Origin: Torpedo marmorata
Lineage: Eukaryota
NCBI GenBank assembly: GCA_977017645.1
Contig: OZ360221.1
Coordinates: 203,422,001 to 203,486,000, forward strand
DNA length: 64,000 nucleotides
Reading direction: 5' to 3'
Below the pieces are notes generated by a model. It ran no database searches and was not told the origin of the DNA. It worked only from the letters and a program-made list of their open reading frames with translations. The translations under genes were made by a program, and so were the position numbers. Positions 24,839 to 36,932 of this stretch are shown piece by piece (positions within the stretch are counted from its first letter, which is position 1; each line of letters starts with the position of its first letter).

Positions 24839-26304
24839 ATTTTGCATGTCATACTTTCTGTTAAATATAGTTCTATATTCATCTGTATTCAATGATGGAT
24901 TCATCTGCAAATCATACTTTCTGTTGAATACAGTTTTATAAAACATTCAGAGGATTGGAAGAGGCTTTCATCATGTTTCAATAATAATAAATTAACATAC
25001 AATATACTGTTGCAATTCTCTTTCCCTATTTTTTTCCCTCTGCATCCCCTCCCTAACATGGGGATGCCCAATATTCATGGTGCACTTCCATGAGAACACC
25101 AAATTGAGTGCAAATAAATTGAGCTTGGAGCTTTCAGTAGAGTAATTACTGAAAGAGCTTTTAAGATACAATCCACAAACACAAATGCTAAAATCCAGCA
25201 ATATTGACCAGAGGGAAGTATCGTTCATTTGCAGCCTCAAATCAAATGGGAATCATTTTGAGAGGTACACGTACAACATCCCGATCATTCTACATTTTTT
25301 GGAATGCTTTAAATCTTCCAACTGCATCATTTCCTGTTGGTCCATGCCAGTATATTTATGCAATAATGAAAGACAGATGACAATCCTGCAACAGGATTCA
25401 TTATGCAAAAGGGTGCAATGATATTTGCAGATCTGATGTATGAAATGAATTGACGGATATTTTGTTACAGCCTCTTCCAGGGAGCATTCTGACTTGAATC
25501 ATCTTGCAGTGTTTAAAGGCAAGACTGGTTTTGGTCAGTTTTATCTTTCTTTGAGTTAAAAGTCTGCTTCAAAAGCAATTTTTATTTTTAATGCTCACAT
25601 AAAGTATAATAAGAATGAAACGTTTTTACCTGTTGTATTGCAGTTTTATAGAATGGTGCACTCCTCCATCATCAGAACTGTGTAATGTGCCTTTGTTGCT
25701 TCAGTAAGGGTCTGATCATCCCCGTCACCTTGGTAACAGCGAGAATCAAAGGGAAAAAACATGAATAAAGCTCATACCATTCAGAGACTGCCCGTGACTT
25801 GCCCTCCTTTTCTGCAGCTTGATAACCTTCAAATAGTGACTGCCTGTGATAGTAGGGAAGGTTTAAATGAAGCTGCTTCAGGCTGCAGGCAGTTCACACC
25901 CATCCTATCTGGTGGCATAATAATGACAGTTTACAGTGCAATCCACAGACAGGTTAGTGTCTGGCTAATTCCAAATGAGGAAAGGAAACCAGCTACCATC
26001 TCAGAGTAATATGACTCTACAAAGCACTCAGGTGGATGAGTATATATCACCTCACAGGTGCAGTACCTACAGAGACTGCGGCAACAGCTTCTGACTGAAT
26101 AGGGCTATTTATAACACAGAACTCAAATTCGCAAACATGAACTGTAGCAGGATGTGGAGCAAATAAAATACTTCTGTAGGCAGACATTGATGAAAAAATT
26201 CAGCATCACCTCCATCGCACCATCTAGCCATCTGAGCAGAATGTTTCAATCTCAAGACTTCAAAGTCAACCCAAAACTACTCCTGGGCCTTCCAATTCCC
26301 AAAC

Positions 26305-26670
26305 CAGGCTGTGAAGCAACCAGTCAGGATACTTTCCACAGTGCACCTGTAGAAGTTTGTTAAAATATTCGCCGACATGCCAAATCTCCTCAGACTCCTT
26401 TGAAAGTCGAGGCATTGGTGACCTTTCTTCTCGGTTGCCTTAATGTGCTAGCTCCAGGAGCAGTCTTCTGAAATATGGACTCCTAGGAACTTGAAGGTTT
26501 TAACCTTCTCCACCTCTGTCCCATGAATATGGTCATGTGTGTGGTTCCTTTCCTTCTCTTTCTAAAACCAACAATAAGCTCCTTGGTCTTGGTGATGTTG
26601 AGAGCAAGATTGTTCTGGCACCACCCAATCAGGTTCTCGATCTCCAATTCTGTATTCTGACTCACCATTT
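26305..26670 (-). mobile_element. Rex-Babar LINE RT C-terminal fragment
   Basis: EIENLIGWCQNNLALNITKTKELIVGFRK on the minus strand. Confidence 0.75.
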
Positions 26671-26689
26671 CCAGTTATTTGGCCATTGG

Positions 26690-26980
26690 GTTGCAGACAA
26701 CCCAGGTGGAATGTCAGGTGCTGTATTGTAGTCTGCATTATGGCCTCACCCTGCTGTGGACGAGGCCGAAGACAGACAGGTTGGTGTGGAAATGGGGTTC
26801 GGAATTGAAATGGCTGGCAACCATGAGTTTAAGATGACCATTGTGTACAGAGGGCAGGTCCTTGGCAAAGTAATTGCTCAAGCAATGCTTGGTCTCACCT
26901 TTGTAGAGGAGGCCACATCGGGAGCACCAAATGCCGTAGCTGAGTTGCATGTGAATCTCTGTCTCACCTGGAACGTGGTT
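26690..26980 (-). mobile_element. Penelope-like element GIY-YIG endonuclease remnant
   Basis: YGIWCSRCGLLYKGETK...VASHFNSEPHFHTNLSVFGL. Confidence 0.75.
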
Positions 26981-27099
26981 TAGGTCCAAAATATTCAAGG
27001 ATGTTCTCAAAAGCATCTTGACAAAAACATTGTCATCAGTGGGAATGCGCGGCTCATGACCTTTCAAAATTGAAAGGAGAATTCAAAAGACACAGGGCA

Positions 27100-30000
27100 G
27101 GGCAGGGCATCCTCAAGGGTGAAGGTGGACAGCCAGAAGTGGTAGTGCACGTCGGCACAAATGATGTCGGGAGGAAGAGAAAAGAAATTCTGCAGCGTGA
27201 CTTCAGAGAACTCGGAAGAAGTCTGAAAAGCAGGACCTCCAGGGTGGTGATCTCCGGTTTGCTTCCAGTTCCTCGTGCTGGTGAGGGCAGGAACAGGGAG
27301 ATATGGGATCTGAATGTGTGGCTGAGGAGCTGGAGCGTGAAACAGGGATTTGGATTCTTAGACCACTGGGAGCTGTTTTGGGGTAAGGATGAATTGTACA
27401 GGAGGGACGGGTTGCACCTTAACAGGAGAGGGACCAGCATTCTGGCAGGCAGGTTTGCCACTGCTACACGGGTGTGTTTAAACTAAGTAGGGGGGGGGTG
27501 GGGGGAGATGAACAGGAAATATAAGGATGGAATTAAAGAGAGAATAAGAAAAGTTAGGAAAGACAACAGAATTAACAGGGCAGAAAGCTCAGGAAGGGAT
27601 CGGAGAGTATGGCCAAGTGCGATAGGAATCTATGTGAAAGGGGAGGGGAGTAATGGATTAAAAGTATTATATATGAATGCACAAAGTATAAGAAATAAAG
27701 TGGATGAGCTTGAGGCTCAGTTGGAAATTGGAAAGTATGATGTTGTAGGAATAACAGAGACATGGCTGCAAGAGAACCAGGGCTGGGAAATGAATATTCA
27801 AGGATATACGTCCTATCGAAAGGACAGACAGGTGGGCAGAGGGGTGGGGTGGCTCTGTTGGTGAAGATTGAAATTCAGTCACTTGCAAGGGGTGACATAG
27901 AATCAGGAGATGTTGAGTCAGTATGGATAGAACTGAGAAATTGTAAGGGCAAAAGGACCCTAATGGGAGTTATTTACAGGCTCCCAAACAGTAGCCTGGA
28001 TATAGGGTGCAAGTTGAATAAGGAGTTAAAATTGGCATGTCGCAAAGGTAATGCTACGGTTGTTATGGGAGATTTCAACCTGCAGGTAGACTGGGAAAAT
28101 CAGGTTGGTACTGGACCCCAAGAGAGGGAATTTGTGGAGTGCCTCAGAGATGGATTCTTAGAGCAGCTTGTACTAGAGCCTACCAGGGAGAAGGCAATTC
28201 TGGATTTAGTGCTGTGTAATGAACTGGATTTGATAAGGGAACTCGAGGTAAGTGAGCCATTAGGAAGTAGTGACCATGATATGATAAGTTTTAATCTACA
28301 ATTTGAGAAGGAGAAGGGAAAATCGGGAGTGTCAATATTACAGTTGAACAAAGGGGACTATGGAGCCATGAGGGAGGAGCTGGCCAAAGTTGACTGGAAA
28401 GATACCCTAGCAGGGATGACAGTGGAACAACAATGGCAGGTATTTCTAGGAATAATACAGAAGGTGCAGGATCAGTTCATTCCAAAGAGGAAGACAGATT
28501 CTAAGGGGAGTAAGGGGCGACCGTGGCTGACAAGGGAAGTCAAGGACAGTATAAAAATAAAAGAGAATATAACATAGCAAAGACGAGCGGGAAGCCAGAG
28601 GATTGGGAAACTTTTAAAGAGCAACAGAAGATAACTAAAAAGGCAATACGGGGAGAAAAGATGAGGTACGAAGGTAGGCTAGCCAAGAATATAAAGGAGG
28701 ATAGTAAAAGCTTCTTTAGGTATGTGAAGAGGAAAAAATTAGTTAAGATCAAAGTTGGGCCCTTGAAGACAGAAACGGGTGAAATTAATATGGGGAACAA
28801 GGAAATGGCAGAAGAGTTGAACAGGTTCTTTGGATCTGTCTTCACTAGGGAAGACACAAACAACCTCCCAGATGTAATAGTGGACAGAGGACCTAGGGTA
28901 ACGGAGGAATTGAAGGAAATTCACATTAGGCAGAAAATGGTGTTGGGTAGACTGATGGGACTGAAGGCTGATAAATCCCCAGGGCCTGATGGTCTGCATC
29001 CTAGGGTACTTAAGGAGGTGGCTCTAGAAATTGTGGACACATTGGTAATCATTTTCCAATGTTCTATAGATTCAGGATCAGTCCCTGCGGATTGGAGGGT
29101 AGCTAATGTTATCCCACTTTTTAAGAAAGGAGGAAGAGAGAAAACAGGGAATTATAGACCAGTTAGCCTGACATCAGTGGTGGGGAAGATGCTGGAGGCA
29201 ATTCTAAAAGATGAAATAGCAGCACATTTGGATAGCAGTAATAGGATCGGACCGAGTCAGCATGGATTTACGAAGGGGAAATCGTGCTTGACTAATCATC
29301 TGGAATTTTTTGAGGATGTAACTAGGAAAATGGACAAGGGAGAGCCAGTGGATGTAGTGTACCTGGACTTTCAGAATGCCTTTGATTAGGTCCCACATAG
29401 GAGATTAGTGGGCAAAATTAGAGCACATGGTATTGGGGGTAGGGTACTGACATGGATAGAAAATTGGTTGGCAGACAGGAAACAAAGAGTAGGGATAAAC
29501 GGGTCCCTTTCAGAATGGCAGGCAGTGACTAGTGGGGTACTGCAAGGCTCGGTGCTGGGACCGCAGCTGTTTACAATATACATTAATGATTTAGATGAAG
29601 GGATTAAAAGTAACATTAGCAAATTTTAAGATGACACAAAGCTGGGTGGCAGTGTGAAATGTGAGGAGGATGTTATGGGAATGCAGGGTGACTTGGACAG
29701 GTTGGGTGAGTGGGAAGATGCATGGCAGATGCAGTTTAATGTGGATAAATGTGAGGTTATCCACTTTGGTGGCAAGAACAGGGAGGCGGATTACTATCTG
29801 AATGGTGTCAAGTTAGGAAAAGGGGAAGTACAACGAGATCTAGGTGTCCTTGTTCATCAGTCAATGAAGGTAAGCATGCAGGTACAGCAGGCAGCGAAGA
29901 AGACTAATGACATGTTGGTCTTCATAACAAGGGGAGTTGAGTATAGGAGCAGGGAGGTCCTTCTGCAGTTGTACAGGGCCCTGGTGAGACCACACCTGGA

Positions 30001-30547
30001 GTATTGTGTGCAGTTTTGGTCTCCAGGTTTGAGGAAAGATATTCTTGCTATTGATGGAGTGCAGCGTAGATTCACGAGGTTGATTCCCGGGATGGCGGGA
30101 CTGTCATATGTTGAAAGATTGGAGCGATTGGGCTTGTATACACTGGAATTTAGAAGGATGAGAGGGGATCTGATTGAAACATATAAGATTATTAAGGGAT
30201 TGGACACACAAGAGGCAGGAAACATGTTCCCGATGTTGGGAGAGTCGAGAACCAGAGGCCACAGTTTAAGAATAAGGGGTAGGCCATTTAGAACGGAGTT
30301 GAGAAAAACATTTTCACCCAGAGACTTGTGGATCTGTGGCATGCTCTGCCTCAGAAGGCAGTGGAGGCCAATTCTCTGGATGCTTTCAAGAAAGAGTTAG
30401 ATAGAGCTCTTAAAGATAGTGGAGTCAAGGGATATGGGGAGAAGGCAGGAACGGGATACTGATAGTGGATGATCAGCCATGATCACAGTGAATGGCGGTG
30501 CTGGCTCGAAGGGCCAAATGGCCTACTTCTGCACCTATTGTCTATTG
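27100..30547 (+). mobile_element. CR1 LINE (5' truncated in ORF1; ORF2 APE-RT with frameshifts and stops)
   Basis: ORF1 SGNH esterase VVVHVGTND...DGLHLN; ORF2 YMNAQSIRNK, GITETWL, MGDFN, SDH, KSPGPDG, NYRPVSLTS, QGSVLGP, RPHLEYCVQFWSP; short tail CTATTGTCTATTG. Confidence 0.95.
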
Positions 30548-30639
30548 AGAGACTTGAGTCTGTTGTCAGGTGTATGTGGAAGCCCGTAGAAATGCCTCCT
30601 GAACTACCCAGTCACTGTCAAGCACCTTCTGTCCCACCT

Positions 30640-31072
30640 GTGGCACAGTCAGTTCAAACAGAATCATCGAGTTTGCTGATGATACAGCAGTAGTTGCCTC
30701 ATCAACAACACTGATGAGTCGGCTTACAGAGTGGAAGTTGGGCGGGTCTACACTTCCTAAGGAGGTTGAGGAGAGCAAGGCTATCCTCCCCCATCTTGAC
30801 AACATTTTAAAGGAGCACAATTGAGAGTGTCCTTTCTGGCTGCACCATTGAGTGGTATGGTAGCTACAAAGCATCAGAGTGGAAGTCCACACAGAGGATT
30901 ATCAAAATGGTCATGAAGATCACTGGGGTCTCCCTTTCCTCTATTGATGAATATATGTCAATAGAGGAAAGGGAGACCCCAGTGATCTTCTTGGCCATTT
31001 ATTGGGAGCATTGCTTAAATCGAGCAATTGTTTAGGACCCTTTCCATCCAGTACCCAGTATCTTTAACCCGC
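30640..31072 (+). mobile_element. Degenerate Rex-Babar RT/3' fragment
   Basis: IIEFADDTAVV at ~30663; downstream similarity to the Rex C-terminus (DPFHP). Confidence 0.6.
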
Positions 31073-31105
31073 TCAGGGGGTCTCTCTCTCTCTCTCTCTT
31101 TCTCT

Positions 31106-31213
31106 CTGTACATATTTACCTAAACCTCTATATTGTACCTCTACATGGTGACCTCGGACGTATCTGCGATCAGACATTACTCGATCAGGTGTAAGTTGAG
31201 GTATGGCTGTACA

Positions 31214-31253
<40 letters not shown>

Positions 31254-31361
31254 TGTACAGCCATACCTCAACTTACACCTGATCGAGTAATGTCTGATCG
31301 CAGATACGTCCGAGGTCACCATGTAGAGGTACAATATAGAGGTTTAGGTAAATATGTACAG
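31106..31361. repeat. Perfect 256-bp palindrome centred on (TA)19
   Basis: 109-bp arm 31106-31214 is the exact reverse complement of 31253-31361; spacer (TA)19 at 31215-31252 is itself palindromic. Confidence 0.95.
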
Positions 31362-31928
31362 TATGTGTGTCATGGTATCTTATGTTGTGCAGTATATTTC
31401 ACCTATAATGATCGACCTACCGCCAAATCGATTTGCGTCCCCACATTGGAAAGGTTTCATTGCAAGCTCCATGCTCGTGACACATTAGTACAATAGTCTT
31501 CCATGCTCCTTGAAGTTGTGGCAGACATTCTTGCTCACCAAACACGAGGCTGTACACATTCATCAGGTTTATCTGCACCATCAAAGCACACACCTCAGTT
31601 TCTGCAGCCGAACTGATGTGCAACCTCACTGTCTGTACCTGCTACCTGAGTTATGCATTTCCCCTAGCCAGGCTCTTCCAAAACTTTAACCCTGACCCTT
31701 AGTGTCTTTCACCTTGCATGTGCCTTGTCTAACTTACCTGCCATTGTTTCAGCTGGTGACAGAACATAAGACCTCTTCACTAAATTGCCTTCTTCATCTC
31801 CATTGGATGACTGGGAAACTGCCAGTTCTTGGGGTCCTTAAAGGAAATGGGACATATTCAGGTCACGGTGAGGGCCAGGAAAACGTTACGTGCCCTCCTG
31901 CACCAGTTACAGCTTATGAACACTATAG

Positions 31929-33542
31929 ACGGCTCTGATGCTTCACTACCCAATGAGCTGAACATCTTCTATGCCCGCTTTGAGAAGAAGTACCAAACAG
32001 TGCCTACTAGAATCCCTGAAAAGGCTGAGGACCCTGTGATATCTGTCTCTGAGGGCGACGTCAGAACATCATTCAAGCGGGTGAACCCTCACAAGGCATC
32101 AGGCCTTGACGGCATACCTGGCAGTGTACTGAAATTCCGCACCAACCAACTAGCTGGAGTGTTCACGAACATTTTCAACCTCTCATTGCGGCAGTCAGAG
32201 GTTCCCACCTGTTTCAAAAGGGGTTCAATCATCCCGGTACCAAAGGAGAGTAGTGAGAGCTGCCTCAACGACTACCGCCCAGTAGCACTAACTCCTACTG
32301 TGATGAAATGCTTTGAGAGGCTGGTCATGGCCAGAATTAACACGTACCTAAGCAAAGATCTGGACCCACTACAATTCGCCTATCGTCACAATCGCTCCAC
32401 AGCAGATGCAATATCGCTGGCACTCCACTCAGCTCTGGATCACCTCAAAAACAGCAATTCATACATACGGCTGCTCTTCATTGACTACAGCTCGGCCTTC
32501 AATACCATTATTCCCTCAGTGCTGGTCAAAAAGCTGCAAACTCTTGGCCTCTGTACCCCATTCTGCAACTGGATCCTTGACTTTCTCATCGGAAGACCAC
32601 AGTCAGTACGAATGGGAAACAACGTCTCTTCCTCACTGATTATCAACACAGGCGCACCCCAAAGATGCGTGCTTAGCCCACTGCTCTACTCGTTATACAC
32701 CAATGACTGTGTGGCCAGGCACAATTCCAATGCCATATACAAGTTTGCCGATGACACCACAGTTGTCGGCAGAATCACAAATGGCAATGAGGAAGCGTAC
32801 AGGAGGGAGATAGATTAGCTCATTGAATGGTGTAACGACAACAACATTGCGCTCAACGTCTGCAGAACCAAGGAGATGATTGTGGACTTCAGGAGGAAGT
32901 CAGGGGAACACGACCCAGTCCTCATCGAGGGCTCAGTAGTGGAGAGGGTCAAGAACTTCAAATCCCTGGGTGTCAACATCTCTGAGGATCTGTCCTGGAG
33001 CCTCCACGTTGATGCAATCACAAAGAAGGCTCGCCAGCGGCTATACTTTGTGAGGTGTCTGAGGAGATTCGGTATATCACCGAAGACTCTCGTAAACGTC
33101 TACAGGTGTACCGTGGAGAGCATTCTAGCTGGTTGCATCACTGCCTGGTATGGAGGCGCCAACTCTCAGGACAAGAATAAACAGGGGGTTGTTAACTCGG
33201 CCTGTGACATCACAAGCACCAGACTTCACTCCATCGATCCTCAAAGACCCCCACCACCCAGGCCATGCCCTCTTCACTCTGCTACCATCGGGAAAAAGGT
33301 ACAGGAGCCTAAAGATGAGCACTCAACGGCACAAGGACAGCTTCTTCCCCACTGCCATCAGATTCCTAAATAATCAATGAACCAAAGACACTGCCGTACT
33401 TTTCGTGCACTATTATTTATATATATATTTTTATCGTAATGTCGTAAGATGGTTATAATCTGAATGTTTGCACTATGATGCTGCCGCAAAACACCGAATT
33501 TCATGACTTGTTCATGACAATAAATTCTGATTCTGATTCTGA
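31929..33542 (+). mobile_element. Rex-Babar LINE, 5' truncated, RT
   Basis: SLPNELNIFYARF, NDYRPVALT, LDPLQFAY, FIDYSSAFNT, YKFADD; in-frame TAG at 32816; tail CATGACAATAAA(TTCTGA)3. Confidence 0.93.
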
Positions 33543-34804
33543 AGCAAATAGTGAATGGGACTCGTGGTGTGTTTGATAGTTACTGATTTCATTAACTTCT
33601 TTCTGCTGTCAACCATATCTTGAAGTAACACCATTGGCATATCCCTCCATTAGTTGTTCCTCTAGCCATTGAGCACAAAGTTAGAAGGCCTCTAACCACT
33701 TGCCCACCATCTCGACCCCTGCAGATAAGGGGCTTATCTCTTTCTCCAGTACAATGCCTATATACCTAGCACTTGCTCTTTCATATGTTCAGCCATTGCT
33801 CCAAGAAACAAAACTCCCACTTCAGTGCACTCCCCCTTTAAGAAGTTCAGACTTCCTTTATATAAATATAGTCTGCTGATACATACTTTAAAAAACAGAG
33901 TGAGCAGTGCAGTCTACACATGTAAATCACTGTAAAGTGTAAGCTGCAAGGATCCAGTTGCAGAGGGGGGTACAGAGGCCTAGAGTTTGTCCTTCTTGTG
34001 ATGCCCATGAGCATTTTATATTGTTTTACTATTTAAAATTGGTCATGGTCAAAAGCATACATTGATACTACAGGCAATGGAGTCTGATTGCGTCTCTGGG
34101 GAATATGTCTAGTTCCACATGTAAACTAAAACATATTCAGCCAATCTAACTGGTCTGTGCAAGTAATGCGGTATTTTATATTTTATCAGTCTTTATTCAT
34201 TCTAGGAATTAAGTTGAAAGTCATTGGAGTTTTGATGAACAAGAGTGTGGGGGTAGTGAGGAGCCATTCATATGTATTGATGAACAGATTTAATATGGAA
34301 TTTTCATTATATAATTGTATTTAGATACATTTAGAATTAGGAAGTATTTTTTAGCCTGTCAGTGGAATAATTACTGTACATGTAATTATTAACAGCTAAG
34401 AGTGACTGGGCGGTAATGATAACCACCACAAACTCAGTACTGATGATGACCTTGTGTATATATGTGTTTGTGTGGATATGCATATACACATAATTACACG
34501 CACAACCATCAGCACAAATCATTTTGGAATGTTGTGACACTGCTATGCCCTTGGTCACATTCCATAGTGCACCATATTGTCAAACTGGAAGTCACTTAAA
34601 TACTTTATTTGTGATAGGTTGCAGATTTTGGATTTGCAGTGTTTATCTTTTGCACACTATGAAGGCAGAGTTAGATCGAATATGATATCTGATACATGCA
34701 TGCAGAAATTGGTTGCAAGTTGCTCTGGATGTCAATTTGGTGATGCTTTGGCCTCGGTAATGCTACAGTCTGTAGAATCCAGAGCATGTGATATGAAGCA
34801 AGGA

Positions 34805-35230
34805 TGACAGAGCTAGAGCTTTTCACTTTGGAGCAATGAAGGATGAGAGGTAACTTAATAGAAGTATGTAAGATTATGAGGGGCTCAGAAAGCGGGGACA
34901 GCCGGCACGTTTTTCCTGGGGCAACAATAGCAAATAACAGAGGACATTTGTTTAAGGTGAGTGGAGGAAAATTTAGGGCAGATGTCAGAAGTATTTTTTT
35001 TTACACAGATCGTGGTGGGTATCTGGAATGCATTGCCAGGGATGGTGGTGGAGGCTGGTAAAATAGAGACATTCTAAAGACTCTTAGATTGGCACATAGA
35101 TGTAAGAAAAAAGAGGGTTATGGATGTGAGGTATGGAAAAAATTAGATTGTTGTGAAGTAGGTTTACATTGGTCGGTACAACATCGTGGGCTGGAAGGCC
35201 TGTACTGTGCTGCAGTGTTCTACGTTCTAT
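34805..35230 (+). mobile_element. CR1 3' fragment
   Basis: MRGNLIEVCKIMRG...RGHLFKV; CR1-like 3' UTR and tail. Confidence 0.75.
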
Positions 35231-35855
35231 GATCGCGAAGCCAATCAGCGTGCAATGCTAATTGATCCAACTGCCGCCATTTAGGAGCTCAACTAACACC
35301 CTCACTTAATCTCCCATGGCTGTATGTATGTTCAGCAGCAAAGGGGACCTCTCACTCAAGCTTTAATCAACTAAGGTCATCAACAGCTTGGGGGTGACTT
35401 GGTGATTCTATCAGTGGTTGCTATCATTCTACAATATTTTTCATATTTTAGAGTTCCATGGTGTTGCTAAAATGAGCTGGGGCAGAACTTCAAGTTGACT
35501 TCAAGCATCATGCAAATTAGTTGTTTCTGGGCATTAATAGGGTTTTCATTTTGAAGCAGATCCGAACAAGGAGACTTAGCAGAAGGCAAGTACAAGCTCT
35601 GAGGAAAGGGAGAGAGACATGAAAAAGAGCTCTCATAATGTGATCCACAGTGTTTGGGGAGCTGTTCTGTCTGAGTTTGAGAAAGGGAAAGTACAAATAT
35701 CATTATGTATCAAGGATGTTAGTCCTGTTTTCAGGGATGTTGGCTCATGCTGTTGGGGAGAGTTTAAATCAATTTGACAGGGGAGGGGGAACAAAGGAGG
35801 GGGTAAAGGTACAGACAAATATAGAAGAAAAACGAAGTTAGACCAAGAGTAGACA

Positions 35856-36485
35856 CACTGGCGTCACTAGGGGGGTGTGGGGGGTGTGGACCGCACCGGG
35901 TGACACCATCAGAGGGGGTGACACCAAAATGACTGTCTATAAAATTTTTGTTCAGTGTTTCAGCAGAAATTTATTATTTTTTATAAAAATATCCCTGTAG
36001 TTAGTTATAACAACAAAAACATTTTTTGTAAGCCCAGCTTACATGTATCAATATACCTACAAGGCTAAAACTCTATGCTAATTTACTTTTTGAACCTTCT
36101 AATGCGCTCCGGTCAGAGCTGTCATTATTACTCAATTACAATGACGCTTCGAATCACATGGTTTCGGCTGCACGTGCTACAAGCACGCGCTGTTGTTTTC
36201 GTTGCTGCTGGTGTTTTTATAGTCGCTGCTTTTGTCAAATTTTCTGTTGTTTTTGCTAAATATTGTGGTAATTAGTATTTGTGAACTTACATCAATAACT
36301 TTTTTGAGAATGAAGTAGTAATTAAAGGAAAAGAAGGAGAAAAATCAAAAAAGGCTTCTGCTCAGTTACTCAGTTACGGAGGAGTTCCATTGCGGGGTGG
36401 GGGGGGGTGATACCATGAGTGGGGGGGGAGGTGGTGACACCATGAGTTACCGCACTGGGTGACACCAACCCTAGTGATGCCACTG
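35856..36485. mobile_element. Non-autonomous hAT DNA transposon (630 bp)
   Basis: TIR CACTGGCGTCACTAGG / CCTAGTGATGCCACTG; perfect 8-bp TSD AGTAGACA (35848-35855 / 36486-36493); subterminal GGTGACACC repeats. Confidence 0.9.
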
Positions 36486-36932
36486 AGTAGACATGGGTAT
36501 GATAAGGCACATGGGATGAATTCAAAACTAAATTGTATTTATTTTCATGAAAGGAACCTAACTGGTATGACAGATGAACTTTGATCGGCATGTGAGAATA
36601 CAAAATTGTTGTAATGATGGAGGGAGTTATGCCTGGGCGTTTCTTGAGTCTGTTCATGCAGCTGGTGGGATATGTTTTATGATGCTAAAATTTAACATCT
36701 TGTAAAAACTGGAAGTTCCTGTCCTTTCCATTTCATTAAGGCCACCAATATCATGGCCACATTGGTATATTATAACCTGCCCTTTCTTGCAAGATTTATA
36801 CACGTCCAATGGTAAGGACTTAACTCACCCATTTCCAATACACTAATAGTTTTCAAACAGAAGGAGATGTTTTGAGTGCTACGAACTAACAAACCTTGCC
36901 AGTACTAACAAAGGAACAGCAATGGAAAATTC

